From contig CM000154.2 of NCBI GenBank assembly GCA_000004695.1, positions 3,936,001 through 4,000,000 of the forward strand: a stretch of DNA of 64,000 nucleotides, written 5' to 3'. Position numbers and translations under genes: made by a program. The stretch comes from Dictyostelium discoideum (taxonomy: Eukaryota). Within the stretch, counting starts at the first letter, position 1. Each line of letters starts with the position of its first letter. The notes under the pieces are model-generated. The model made no database searches. It saw nothing but the letters and a program-made list of their open reading frames with translations, and was not told where the DNA came from. Below are positions 47,670 to 59,351 of this stretch, one piece after another.

Positions 47670-50235
47670 ATGATGATTAGTGATACAGAAAATCAACCAT
47701 TATCACCAAATAAAAATTCAAGTGGTAATAGTGGTAGAAATGATTTAATTATTAAACTTGTATTTCCACCATCATCATCTATAAGAAGTAAATTTATGTT
47801 TGTTCAAGAGAATCAAAAAGTTAGTGACATAGTAGATTATGCAACTCAATTAGCAGGTTTAAACCCTGGTTATAGTTTACAATTATCAGCATCACCAACA
47901 ACAGGTAGACCTCAATGGTTAGATGATGATCAATTATTAATAAGTTATTCAATTCCAACTTCTGTATGTTATATTATTATATTTATATACACATATACAT
48001 ATATCATAATAATAATAATAATAATTATTATTATCTCACAATTTATTAACATATATGCTGAATGAATATATAATATATATATATATATAGAGTGAAATTA
48101 AAATTAAAAGAAAACCAGGTATTAAAAGAAGAAATACACTTTCAACTATTAAACCAATTAAAGAGGGTAAAGTTCAAAAATTAACATCAATTACAAAGAT
48201 TTGGACAACTCGTTATCTAAGATTATATTCAATGAGATTAGCTCATTCTTCAAATGAAAATGATTCAAGTGCTGATCATATTCAATTTGCTGATATAACA
48301 AATGTTGATAAAGAAGTTAATAGAAAATATACTTTTGTAATTTATTGTCAAAATAATAGTAATACCACAAATACAACAACAACATCATCATCATCAACAA
48401 CGACGGCAACAGTGGGTAGTGGTAATGCTGGATTATCGCAAAGTCAAACAGTTTCAAGTTTTCAAAATTTAAGTGCAAGTACCAGTGGTACCAATTTATT
48501 TGCAGAGAGTAAAAAAGAAAAAGAATATGTTTTTAGATGTATAAATCAAAGAGAAGCTGAAGATTGGATCACTTCAATTCGTTCAATGTTAAGATCATCA
48601 AGACCTGATCTTTTATTACCACCTTTAACACCATTTTTATCTGTAAATAATAATACAAAGAATAATAATAATAATAATAATAGTAATTTAATATTACCAC
48701 CATCACCTTCACCATCAAATCAATTATCTTTAAATAATAATAATAATAGTAATAGTAATAATAATAATAATATATGGACTTCACCAACATTACCAAGTTC
48801 AATGCCACCACCAACAACGCCAATAATATCATTAAATCAAAGTGTAACACCAACAAATGAAAAGAATAGTAGTAGTGCTACTACTATTGATAGAGAAATA
48901 ACACCATCACAAACACCAACTAAACAAAGATCACTCTCCTTTTCATTTTCAAAAATTGGTGGTAATAAAAGAAAAGAATTACCACCACCATTTATACAAA
49001 ATCAATCATCATCATCAACATCATCATCACCTTCATCAACAAGTTCTACATCATCATCATCAACACCACCACCACCACCTACACAATCTTTATCAGAAAG
49101 AAATAATCAATTGGAGGAAGAGATAAAAAGATTAAATGAAGTATTAAATAGGGATACAAAATCTAAAGTAGAACTTGAAAAGAAGTATCAAAAGATTAAA
49201 GCGAAAATGGCGATTTTAAAGAAACAAAGATCAAGATCACTCTCTACTCCTGCAACACCAGAAGTTCCAAGAAAAGATAAATCTTCTTTTATTCCAACAT
49301 TTTTAATTGGTGGTAGTAGAGTTAAAGATAAAGATAAAGATTTACAACAACAACAACAGCAACAACAACAACAATCACAAAATGCTACAGCAACAACAAC
49401 ATCAAATACACAAGTTTCACATAAACGTCATTCATCAAGTTCTCAATCATTTAATTTAAATAATTTAAATAATGGAAGTTCATATTCAAATAAAGGAATA
49501 ATGATGGATGATGATAATACAGATAATGATATAACCAGTAGTGAAATGTTTACAGGTAGTGTATTTGATGATGCTGATATTTCAGATTTTGAAAAGGATA
49601 AAGAGATCAAAGATTTGAAAGATCAATTGGTTAGAATTAAAGAAAAGATACAATTAGATTTAAATGAAAAAACTAAAGTTGAAACTTCTTTTAAATTATT
49701 GGAAAAAGAATTATTCACCCAAAAGAAATTGGATGAAAAGAGAGAAAGAGAAATACTTGTAAATGAACAAAGACAAGATGATCAATTAGATTCTATGGCT
49801 GAATTAGCTTCACGTCTAAAGAAAACTTTATTCGATTTGAAAGAAAAGTTAGAAAACGAACAACAACAACAAGAAGATGAAGAAGAAGAAGATGAAGAAA
49901 ATGAATATATTGATGTTGAGGATGGTCATGATGATGATACTAATAATAATATTAGTAATATCAATCATGATGATAGTTATCAAAATGAAAATCAATATAA
50001 TATCAATGGTAAACATAATAATAGTAGTAATAATAATAATAATAATAAAGAACATACTATCAATAATGAAAATGAAGAAGACGATGAAGAGTTAGATGTA
50101 GATTATGGTGATATAGGTGATGACATTGAAGATTATGATGATGATAAAAATGAATCTTATATTGAGAGTGGTAATATTACGACTGCATCAATAAAAGAAG
50201 ATATTGATTATCAGGATCTTGAATCAACTATATAA
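47670..50235 (+). CDS. PH-domain protein with an N-terminal ubiquitin-like/Ras-association-like fold and a C-terminal coiled coil. Exon model: join(47670..47963,48091..50235), ~812 aa.
   Basis: PH-domain pattern KEGKVQKLTSITKIWTTRYLRLYS...YTFVIYCQNN...EYVFRCINQREAEDWITSIRSM. GTATGT donor at 47964 and an ATATAG acceptor at 48090, phase 0. Long poly-N/S/T linkers and a heptad-rich tail. Confidence 0.6.
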
Positions 50236-51020
50236 TTATTAAAAAATAATAATAATAATAATAATAAAATTTATTTATTTAATTATTTATTTATTTACTA
50301 TATATTTATTTATTTATCATTTTATTGACTAATTTGTTTTTATTTTTATTAATTTGTTTTTATTAATTTATTTGTTTGCTTGTTTTTTTTTTTTTTTTTT
50401 CTAAATAATATTTAAAGAAGATTAATTAATTCGGCCACATTCTTTAAAAAAACACCAATATAAACGAAGAGGTTGATATAATTGATTATTACATCTTAAA
50501 ATTGAGTGTCGTCTTAAATTCTGTCTTTGGAAAGTTTGGATAATTTTTTAACCTATTTTTTTATAAGGATTATCCATTAAAGGAAATAAACAAAAATTAA
50601 TAGTTTTATTTTGAAATTTCAAGATAAAAATTAGTTTTTCTTCTTTGATTTAAATTTTAAATAATTATAGTGTTGTTATTGTTAATATTATGTTTTTTTT
50701 TTTTAAAAAAAATATCCAATTTTAAAAATATTAATTAGTATTTAAAATTAAAGAAATTAAAGAAATAAATCAAATATTAAAATTGGTTATTTAGATGAAA
50801 AGGTGGAAGGAGACCCTGTTTGGAAACACTGTTTCAGGAGTAAAAGTACCACGTACGGGTATATACTTTTCATGATAGTTTCTTATATTATCTGTTTAAA
50901 TCATTTGAAAGAGTTAATTTTAAAAACTTTTTCTTTTGATTTTTTATATTCTAGAGTTTGTATCATATAAAGTAGACCCTTTTTCTAATCTTCATGTTTC
51001 CTTATCTTTTTAAAATTTAA

Positions 51021-51031
51021 GAGTCGAACCT
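51021..51031 (-). promoter_or_regulatory. External B box (exB), a Pol III B-box consensus GGTTCGACTC, about 30 bp downstream of the tRNA gene.
   Basis: The minus-strand GGTTCGACTC matches the GGTTCGANTCC B box. It cannot be placed in a T-arm stem, so it is not a second tRNA. Dictyostelium tRNA genes commonly carry such an exB element. Confidence 0.4.
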
Positions 51032-51061
51032 GCGATCTTGAAACTCTCGCGAGGGAAAATT

Positions 51062-51157
51062 TGGAGAAGAAGGGTATCGATCCCTTTACCTTATGGAAAT
51101 CTGATTATCGTTGCTGTTTATGCAAACCATACGCTCTACCATATGAGCTACATCCCC
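51062..51157 (-). tRNA. tRNA-Ala (anticodon UGC) with a 23-nt intron at 51098..51120.
   Basis: Manual cloverleaf on the minus strand. Acceptor GGGGATG/CTTCTCC with a G3:U70 wobble, which is the alanine identity pair, and one U6:U67 mismatch. D-arm GCTC-ATATGGTA-GAGC. Anticodon stem TATGG/CCATA with loop TTTGCAT. Intron between positions 37 and 38. T-arm AAGGG-ATCGATA-CCCTT. Discriminator A. Mature length 73 nt. Confidence 0.6.
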
Positions 51158-51457
51158 TTTGATGAAATTTTAGGAATTTTTGATGATTTTATATATTAAA
51201 ATTTCAGATAATTCCCAAAAAAATTATAAAATTCATTTTTTTTTTTTTTTGAAAATAAAAGTTTATCTAAATTTATTATCAATAATCTTGGGAAAAATTA
51301 AAAACCACAAACGATATTATAATGATTTATTATAGATTTAAACACAAAACAAAACAAAATTTTATTTTAAAAAAATAATAACACAAGATGACTCACAAAA
51401 AAAAAAAAAAAATTATTTTGAAAAAAAAAAAAAATAAAAAATTAAATTAGAAACAAA

Positions 51458-52839
51458 ATGACAAAGAGTGTATTTGTGACAGTTGGTACAACCAAGTTTG
51501 ATGATTTAATAGATAAAATTGATTCACCAAAATTATTTAATATATTATTAAAGTATGGGTTTAACAAAATGATTATTCAAATTGGTAATTATAGTGGAAC
51601 AATTGAAAATTCATTACCATTTGATGAAAATAATAATAATAATAATAAAACAAATAGTAAAACAACAACATCAACAACAACAACAGCAAAATTTGAATCT
51701 TTATATTTTGATTATAAACCATCACTTTCTGAATTTATGAAAAATTCAGATTTAATAATTTCTCACGCAGGTAATTAATTTTATTATATATACACAATAT
51801 TTAATAATAATAGTATAATTATACTAATAGTAACTATAATTATTATTATTATTATTTAAAATAATTTTAGGATCAGGATCAATTTTAGAATCTTTAGAAA
51901 ATAACAAACCATGTATATGTGTTGTTAATGATAAATTAATGGATAATCATCAAAAAGAATTAGCAGATAAATTATCAAATCTTTCATATATTTTATCAAC
52001 TAATCCAACTTCATTATATGAAACCATTGAAACTAAATTGGATGAATATTTAAAGAATAGAATTTATTTAGATAAATCTATTCATCAAAAAGCACAACAA
52101 CAATTTGCTACATCATTATCAAATCAATTTAAATTAATAAATAATAATGAAGATGATAATACTAAAACATCATCATCATCATCAACAACAACAACAACAA
52201 CAACAACAAATTCAAAAAAGAAATTTAAAACAATGGTAGTTTTAGGATCAGGTGGTCATACAACTGAAATGTTTTATTTATTAAAAAAAGTTGATAAAAA
52301 TAAATTTAATCCAATCACTTATGTATTAGCTGATAGTGATAAAAGATCTGAAGATAAAATTAAAATTGAAGATACATCATCACCAATCATAAAGAAAATA
52401 CCAAGAAGTAGAAATGTTGGTCAATCATTTTTTAATAGTATTTTTACAACTGTATGTTTTTAATTTTATTATTAATTATTATTATTATTATTATTATTAT
52501 TATCTATTATTAATTATTATAAATTTAAATATATAGTTAATTGCATTATTTTATTCAATGTTATTAGTATTTAAAGAAAAACCAGATTGTCTTTTATGTA
52601 ATGGACCAGGTACATGTGTACCATTAGCAGTTTGTGTTTTATTATTAAGATGGTTACGTATTGGAAAAGGTTCAAAGATTATTTATATTGAAAGTTTAGC
52701 AAGAGTAAATGATTTATCATTATCTGGGAAAATATTACAACATATTTCTGATTGGTTTGTTGTTCAATGGCCTGAATTACTTAGTAAAACTGATTCAAGT
52801 AATGTATCTTGTATAAATTTATTCTTTGAAACATTTTAA
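51458..52839 (+). CDS. Fused ALG13-ALG14 UDP-GlcNAc transferase (both subunits in one polypeptide). Exon model: join(51458..51770,51871..52451,52537..52839), ~398 aa.
   Basis: The N-terminal half is ALG13-like (VFVTVGTTKFDDLI...ISHAG/SGSILESLE). After a poly-T/S linker come the ALG14 hallmarks VVLGSGGHTTEMFYLL, CNGPGTCVPL, IYIESLARVNDLSLSGKIL and FVVQWPEL. GTAATT donor at 51771 and AG at 51870 (phase 1). GTATGT donor at 52452 and TATAG at 52536 (phase 0). No stop codon separates the two halves. Confidence 0.75.
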
Positions 52840-52987
52840 AAATTAAAAAAACAAAAAACAATAAACATTATAAAATATAATTATATATTTTATTTTTTAA
52901 ATAATATATTTATTTATTTATTTATTTATCGAAGTTTATATTACATTAAAAAAAAAAAAATAATGATGATAATAATTTAATATGTTT

Positions 52988-53026
<39 letters not shown>

Positions 53027-53029
53027 CTT

Positions 53030-53766
53030 TTATCTTGAAAATAGTTTAAATACTGTTGAAAAGGTACCAGTAATCATGGACTGACCAAATGGAATATATG
53101 ATAGTGAATACCAAATTACTGTTATAAATTGAATTACCACAAATATTAAAGTTAAAATTGTAGATTGAAGTGAAAGTGCGAAATAAATTGTAGCAAATAT
53201 TGAACCTATATATAAAATGGTTGAATATAATCTCTCTTTTGATGACATAATATTGGCTATTTGTTTTTTAACACCAACTAAAATAACTAATCCAATTATA
53301 ATTGATAAACTACCTAATGAATAAAATTTTGCAAATTGTCTTGGTATAAATAATACCATTGTTGACTAATAAATAATAAATAATAAATAATAAATAATAA
53401 ATAATAAATAATAAATAATAAATAATAAATAATTAGTAAAATTATTAAAATTATAAATTATTTTATTTTATTTTTACTTACCATTCCTAAAAATATAATG
53501 CCAATAACCAAACATATTACGAAACCAGTTAATCTTTGAAAATATGTTAATGAAGATGATTCTTGTAATTCTTGATAAAATGTTTTCGATTCTGCTGGTG
53601 ATGTTGTACCACCTAAAGCACCTGGTATATTTGATTTAATTTTTGACAAAAATCCATCTCCTGTATTACTAATATCATTCCAATATTGACCAGATGTTGA
53701 TTTAAAACTACTAAATACTGATGAATTGGTTTTAAATTCTACATCTAATTGACTTGTATCTATCAT
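53030..53766 (-). CDS. SFT2-domain vesicle transport protein (Got1/Sft2 family). Exon model: join(53030..53365,53482..53766), minus strand, ~206 aa.
   Basis: Matches SFT2D as I recall it: LTYFQRLTGFVICLVIGIIFLGM, FAKFYSLGSLSIIIGLVILVGVKKQIANIM and VIQFITVIWYSLSYIPFG. Four TM helices. GTAAGT donor at 53481 and ATTAG acceptor at 53366. Confidence 0.8.
53368..53446. repeat. (AATAAAT)n heptamer tandem repeat of ~11 units, inside the SFT2 intron.
   Basis: Visible directly. Confidence 0.85.
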
Positions 53767-55147
53767 TTTATTTATACTTAAATTTCTTTTTTTTTTTTTT
53801 TTCTTTTTTTTAATTTGTTTTAATTCTCATATTATTTCAAAGGAGTGAAATTAAATTAAATTTATAAAATATCTCTTTTTTTTTCTTTTTTTTTCTTTTT
53901 TCTAAAAAATTAAAAAATTAAAAAATAAAAAAATTAAAAAAATAAAAAATAAAAAAAAAAAAAATAAAAAAAAAATAAAAAAAATAAAAAATAAAAATAA
54001 AATAATAAAAATAGTTTAACCACAAATTATTCGTTTCATGGTTTACCAAAATAAAATTTATTTTAGAACTAACTAATTTTATTTTCTAATAATTTTTTTT
54101 TAAAAAATTCTTTTGACATTTTTTTAAAAAAATGAACTTCAAATTAAAAAAAAATCAACAAAAAAAATATATTAATAATCAAAACAATTAATTAAAATAA
54201 AAAAAAATAAAAAAAATCACAAAAAAAAAAAAAAAAAAAAAAGAAAAAACCAGATATCGATTAGATTTTAATTTAAAACTTTTTTAAAAAATGAAAAAAA
54301 AAAAAAAATAATAAAAATAATAAAAAAAATTAAATTGTTTATTATAATCTTCAAAACAAAGCTCGAAAATCTATTTTTAAAAAATTTTAATATTAAAACC
54401 ATTTTATAATTGAAAGTGTTCGAAATGATTCGCATTCAAATTTGATATAATTTTTTTTTTTAAATTGATTTTACAAGCAATCACCTTCCATTAATCCAAT
54501 CAAAAAAAAAAAAAATAAAAATAAAAATCAAAAAAAAAAAAAAAAAATATCAAAGATTAAACATGTCTGAAATTCAATGTTGTATTTATATTTTATTTTA
54601 TTTTTATTTTTTTTTTATTTTTTTTTCGCAATGTGTGATGCACACTGTGTGTTTGTTGATATTAAATGTGTGAAACCACACCACCACTTTGTGATGGTAT
54701 TTTTACAAATTAATTTAAAATAGTTCAACTCCCAAACTAAATTTAAAATGATTGAAAAAAAAAAAAAAAAAAAAATAAAATTAAAAAAAAAAATTATAGA
54801 TTGGTTGGAAAAAAAAAAAAAAAAAAAAAAAAAATATTAAAAAGCAAGTGAGTATAAAATTTTTTTTTTTTTTTTTTTTATAATTAAATTTTAAATAGTT
54901 ATATAAACACTCGTATAATAAAATCTATAAACAATTCAAACTATTTAAAAAAAAAAAATAATAATTAAAAAACTATTAATTTACCATTAAAAAAAAAAAA
55001 AAAAAAAAAAAACAAAACTTTTTTTATTTGAAAAAAAAAAAAAAAAAAAAAATATCTTTTTTTAAAAAATCTAATTAAAAATAATTTTAATTATTATTAA
55101 GAAATAAAAAAAAAAAAAGGAAATTAATTTTAATAACAATTTTTTTA

Positions 55148-56077
55148 ATGGTTTTAAATTTTATAAATAAATCAGAATCAATTTGTAATGCACCAAGTAC
55201 TGGAGCAAATGGTACATCAACATTATTATATATTCCAATAACTCAACCAAATGAAACTCAACCATTTTTAACATTTAATATACCATCGACATTATCAAAT
55301 AGCAATTTTATGATTGGTTCAATCTCCATTGAATCAATTAGTGAAGTTAATTCAAATAATGATATGATTGTAAAGAGAATACCATTTACCAATTGGTTAA
55401 AGATTTCACCATTAACTTCAGTACCATTTAAATATTCAATTAAAACCAATGATTTAAGTTTACTAATTGATGTCAATTGGTCAGTGAATGTAATCAATGC
55501 ACAATTGAATTATACAAATATTCAATTCAGTTTTAATTTCACAAAATATCAATTTCAATCACCAACAAATAAATTGTCTTTGAATTTAGTTCAAAGCTTA
55601 ATGGATTCTCAAGTTTCTACTGGAAAAAGTGCATGTGGTATCTCACAATTGGTTACAAATTCAGTTTATCATCAAGAGGTTAAACTTGGTGATATTACAT
55701 TACTTGGTGAATTAAATACTGATTCAAATATTGATGGTACCCTTGAAAATAAAGTACTCATTGCTACTCAAGTTAATAAATCTACTACAACAACAACTTC
55801 TTCAATTGAAACTTCTCAAAAAATTTCAATCATTATTCCAAATTTCTTAAATTTTGCTCAATTTACAACAAATTATTTCCCAATTAAAGATCCAAGTCCA
55901 ATTACATCAACCTTTGCAAATGGTACAATTTGTGTTTCTGGTCCTTCTTCAAAAACTGGTAGAACTCAACAAGAAGTTGCTGCAATTTGTGTTGGTGTAA
56001 TTGGTTTTTCAATTATTGGTTTAATGGCACTTCACTTTTTCTATTTAAATGGTAGATTTTATAACAAAAGAGATTAA
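55148..56077 (+). CDS. Ser/Thr/Asn-rich type-I membrane glycoprotein of unknown function. The 5' exon is possibly missing.
   Basis: 309-aa ORF with many N-x-S/T sequons and a single C-terminal TM helix, AAICVGVIGFSIIGLMALHFFYL, followed by a short tail. There is no signal peptide after the first Met, so an upstream exon is likely. Confidence 0.45.
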   Translation: MVLNFINKSESICNAPSTGANGTSTLLYIPITQPNETQPFLTFNIPSTLSNSNFMIGSISIESISEVNSNNDMIVKRIPFTNWLKISPLTSVPFKYSIKTNDLSLLIDVNWSVNVINAQLNYTNIQFSFNFTKYQFQSPTNKLSLNLVQSLMDSQVSTGKSACGISQLVTNSVYHQEVKLGDITLLGELNTDSNIDGTLENKVLIATQVNKSTTTTTSSIETSQKISIIIPNFLNFAQFTTNYFPIKDPSPITSTFANGTICVSGPSSKTGRTQQEVAAICVGVIGFSIIGLMALHFFYLNGRFYNKRD

Positions 56078-56170
56078 ATAATTTATTTATTTTAAAAAAA
56101 AAAAAAAAAAAAAAAATTAAAATCTTTGATTTGGATTAAATTTTAAAGTTTTTAAAAACATATTTAATTA

Positions 56171-56208
<38 letters not shown>

Positions 56209-56462
56209 TATTTTTAATTATTAATAAAAAAAAAAAAAAAAAAAAAAAAAACGAACATACCCCATTTTGATTTTTTTTTTTTTTTTGAAATCTAACGAAA
56301 ATCTTTACTTTTATTTTTAATTAAAATCACACAAACAATTTTTTTTATTTTTTTATTTTTTTTTTTTTGTTTTTGTTTTATTTTTTCATTTTCATTATCT
56401 TTCATTTTTTTCATTTATTTTATTTTTAATTTTTGTGTTTAAACAAAAAAAAAAATTAAAAA

Positions 56463-56921
56463 ATGTCAGCAATTTGTGTTATAAAAGGAGATGGAGTCGA
56501 TGGTATAATTAATTTTAAACAAAATGATAATAAATCACCAGTTATAATTAGTGGAGTAATTTCAGGATTAAAAGAGGGTAAACATGGATTTCATGTTCAC
56601 GAATTTGGAGATACAACCAATGGGTGTTTATCAGCAGGAGCTCATTTTAATCCATTTAAAAAAGAACATGGTTCACCAAATGATGAAAATCGTCATGTTG
56701 GTGATTTAGGTAATATAGAATCTAATAAAGATAAGAAATCAATTATAAACATTACAGATAATATCATAACATTGTTTGGTCAAAATAGTATAATTGGTAG
56801 ATCAATAGTTGTGCATGATAAAGAAGATGATTTAGGCAGAGGTAATTCACAAGATTCTAAAATAACTGGTAATGCTGGTTCAAGACTTGGTTGTGGTATA
56901 ATTGCACTATCAAAAATTTAA
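56463..56921 (+). CDS. Cu/Zn superoxide dismutase.
   Basis: Metal-ligand and signature motifs [32 protein letters not shown] and [12 protein letters not shown]. 152 aa, single exon. Confidence 0.9.
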   Translation: MSAICVIKGDGVDGIINFKQNDNKSPVIISGVISGLKEGKHGFHVHEFGDTTNGCLSAGAHFNPFKKEHGSPNDENRHVGDLGNIESNKDKKSIINITDNIITLFGQNSIIGRSIVVHDKEDDLGRGNSQDSKITGNAGSRLGCGIIALSKI

Positions 56922-57061
56922 AAAAAATAATAAAAAAAAAATTAAAAATTAAAAAAAAAAAAATAAAAAAAATAAAAAAAATAAAAAATAAAATAAAAAA
57001 TAAAAAATAAATAAATATATATACACACAATAACATATAATTTATTTTATTTATGATAATT

Positions 57062-57755
57062 TTATTGAATATTACTAAATATGAAAGATTGATGGGGTGG
57101 TAATTTTAGGAAATTCCATTTTGAAATAAAAGGATTAATCAAGTAATAAAGTTTATCATCACTATTTTTAATATAATCAATGTTGAAATGATTATTACTT
57201 AAATCTACATATTCAGTTAATAAATTTAATTTTGATTCAAATGTTTTAATTGAAATTTTTAAATTTGAATCAATTTCATTATCACTATTTCTTTTTGATA
57301 TTATTTCTTCATTATTATTACCTTCTTCATCATTAATATTTCCATATCCATTATTTTCATTATTATTTCCATTATCATTATTATTATCATTATTATTATT
57401 AAATGATAAATCAATATTGATTTTATTATTATCATGATTATTTAATAAATTATAAAGTAAAGTGAAAATAGCGATTATTGAAAGATTACAATTTCTAAAT
57501 GAAACTTTTTTTAAAGATTTACAAAGTGGTAAATGTTTAATGAGTATTTTTGAACCTTTAATACCAATATTATTATTTTGTAATTGTAATACCAATAATC
57601 TATTTGAATTTTCAATTAATTTACCAACACTTGTGATATCATCCATTGTTGATAATTCCATATCATCAATAACCAATTTACTAATTTTATTAAATTCACT
57701 ATTATCTAAAATTGATAATGATACTGGTGTCATTGCTGATGTTATTACATTCATC

Positions 57756-57793
<38 letters not shown>

Positions 57794-59319
57794 GCTTGTT
57801 GTTGTTGTTGTTGTTGTTGATTTAATTGAATTTGAACCAATATCTAAAGTTGGAATTAAACTACATTTTTTAAATAAATTAGTTAATGTTTGATTTGATA
57901 ATTTATCTAAACCACAAGATCTAATTTCAAATTCATGTAAATTTGAAAGTATATTACAAGTTGATGATGATAATAATTGAAAACCACTATCACCAATTTC
58001 TTCATTACCAGATAATTTTAATACTATTAAATTTGTTGAAGAAGAAGATAATAATAATAATGATTCAAAAATGATTTTAAATGATTGAAAAGTTAAATTA
58101 CAATAACTTAAATTTAAAGTTGTTAATGGTGAAAAAGTTAACCAATTTAAAAAGATATTTGAATCTAATTTTGAAAATCTATTAAATGAAAGATTTACAT
58201 TTTTAATATACTTTGGTTGATAATTTAATGATTTAATTGCCAATGTTAGCTTGCTAATAGTTTCTCTATTCAATGCACAATTAATTAAAGATAATTCTTC
58301 AACATTATATAACGATAGAAATATTGAAATCATTTGATCAATTGATTGAATTGATAATCTATTATTAGTGAATGAAATCGATTTAATTGTAGCTCTATTT
58401 CTAAATGATTCCAAATGAAAAGATAATGTAATTTCCAATAATGTTGATTCTTTAAAAATTTGATTATTGGTAGTGGTAGCAGTAGTATCATTTACTAAAT
58501 AATCACAACTATAACCATTAATTAATAATGAATCATCAGAGATTGAAATTGAATCGATTAGATCAGAATCTTCAAGTTGGTCATGTGAATCATCAATGAA
58601 TGAACATTTCAATTGTTTAATATTTTTCTTTTCAATTAAATCTATTAATTTATATTTCAATGGTACTTCTTTTTCATTACCAACATAGAATTTATCAACT
58701 TGAATAATTTTTTCAAATCTATTATATCCTAATAATTTAATTCTATCATTACATCTTTCTCTTAACCAATTTAAATCATATTCATTTGATTCTAATCCAA
58801 TAATTGGTATAAATAATATAATATCTAAAAATATTTTAACTTTAATAAATTTATATTTATTTAAAATTGTAGTTATTGTTATTGCTGTTGTTGTCGTTGT
58901 ATTTGATTTTTTAATTGGTGATATTAAATTATTATTATCATTGTTGTTATTGATGGTATTGTTGGTATCATCAAATACCTTATTTAAATTCTTTTTCCAA
59001 TCTTTATTTTTTTTAATTGGTACATCATTTGGAACAATAAAGTCATTAGTCCAACATGGTAATAATTCGCCATTACTATCATAATGACTTGGTGAATGAT
59101 ATTCAATTTCATTTTGATCGAAATCATCTTCAATTGAATAATTATTAGTACTACTACTATTATTATTATTTGGTGATTTCGTAGGTGATAATGGTGATGG
59201 TGATGATGTATTAAATCTTCTTTTAGTTGGTGTTGAAAGTTTTGAAGGTGTTGAAATTCTACTATTACTATTACCATTGATATTACTACTACTACTACTA
59301 TTATTATTTTTTAAAATCG

Positions 59320-59351
<32 letters not shown>

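Noticed and set aside
50790-50990. A possible second tRNA or snRNA in the GC-richer block downstream of tRNA-Ala.
   Set aside because: No cloverleaf and no Sm-site or box C/D or H/ACA motifs could be recognised by eye. It is kept only as a possible retroelement remnant in findings.
51021-51040. A second tRNA suggested by a GGTTCGA T-loop-like motif.
   Set aside because: No flanking sequence can form a T-stem or an acceptor stem. It is interpreted as an external B box.
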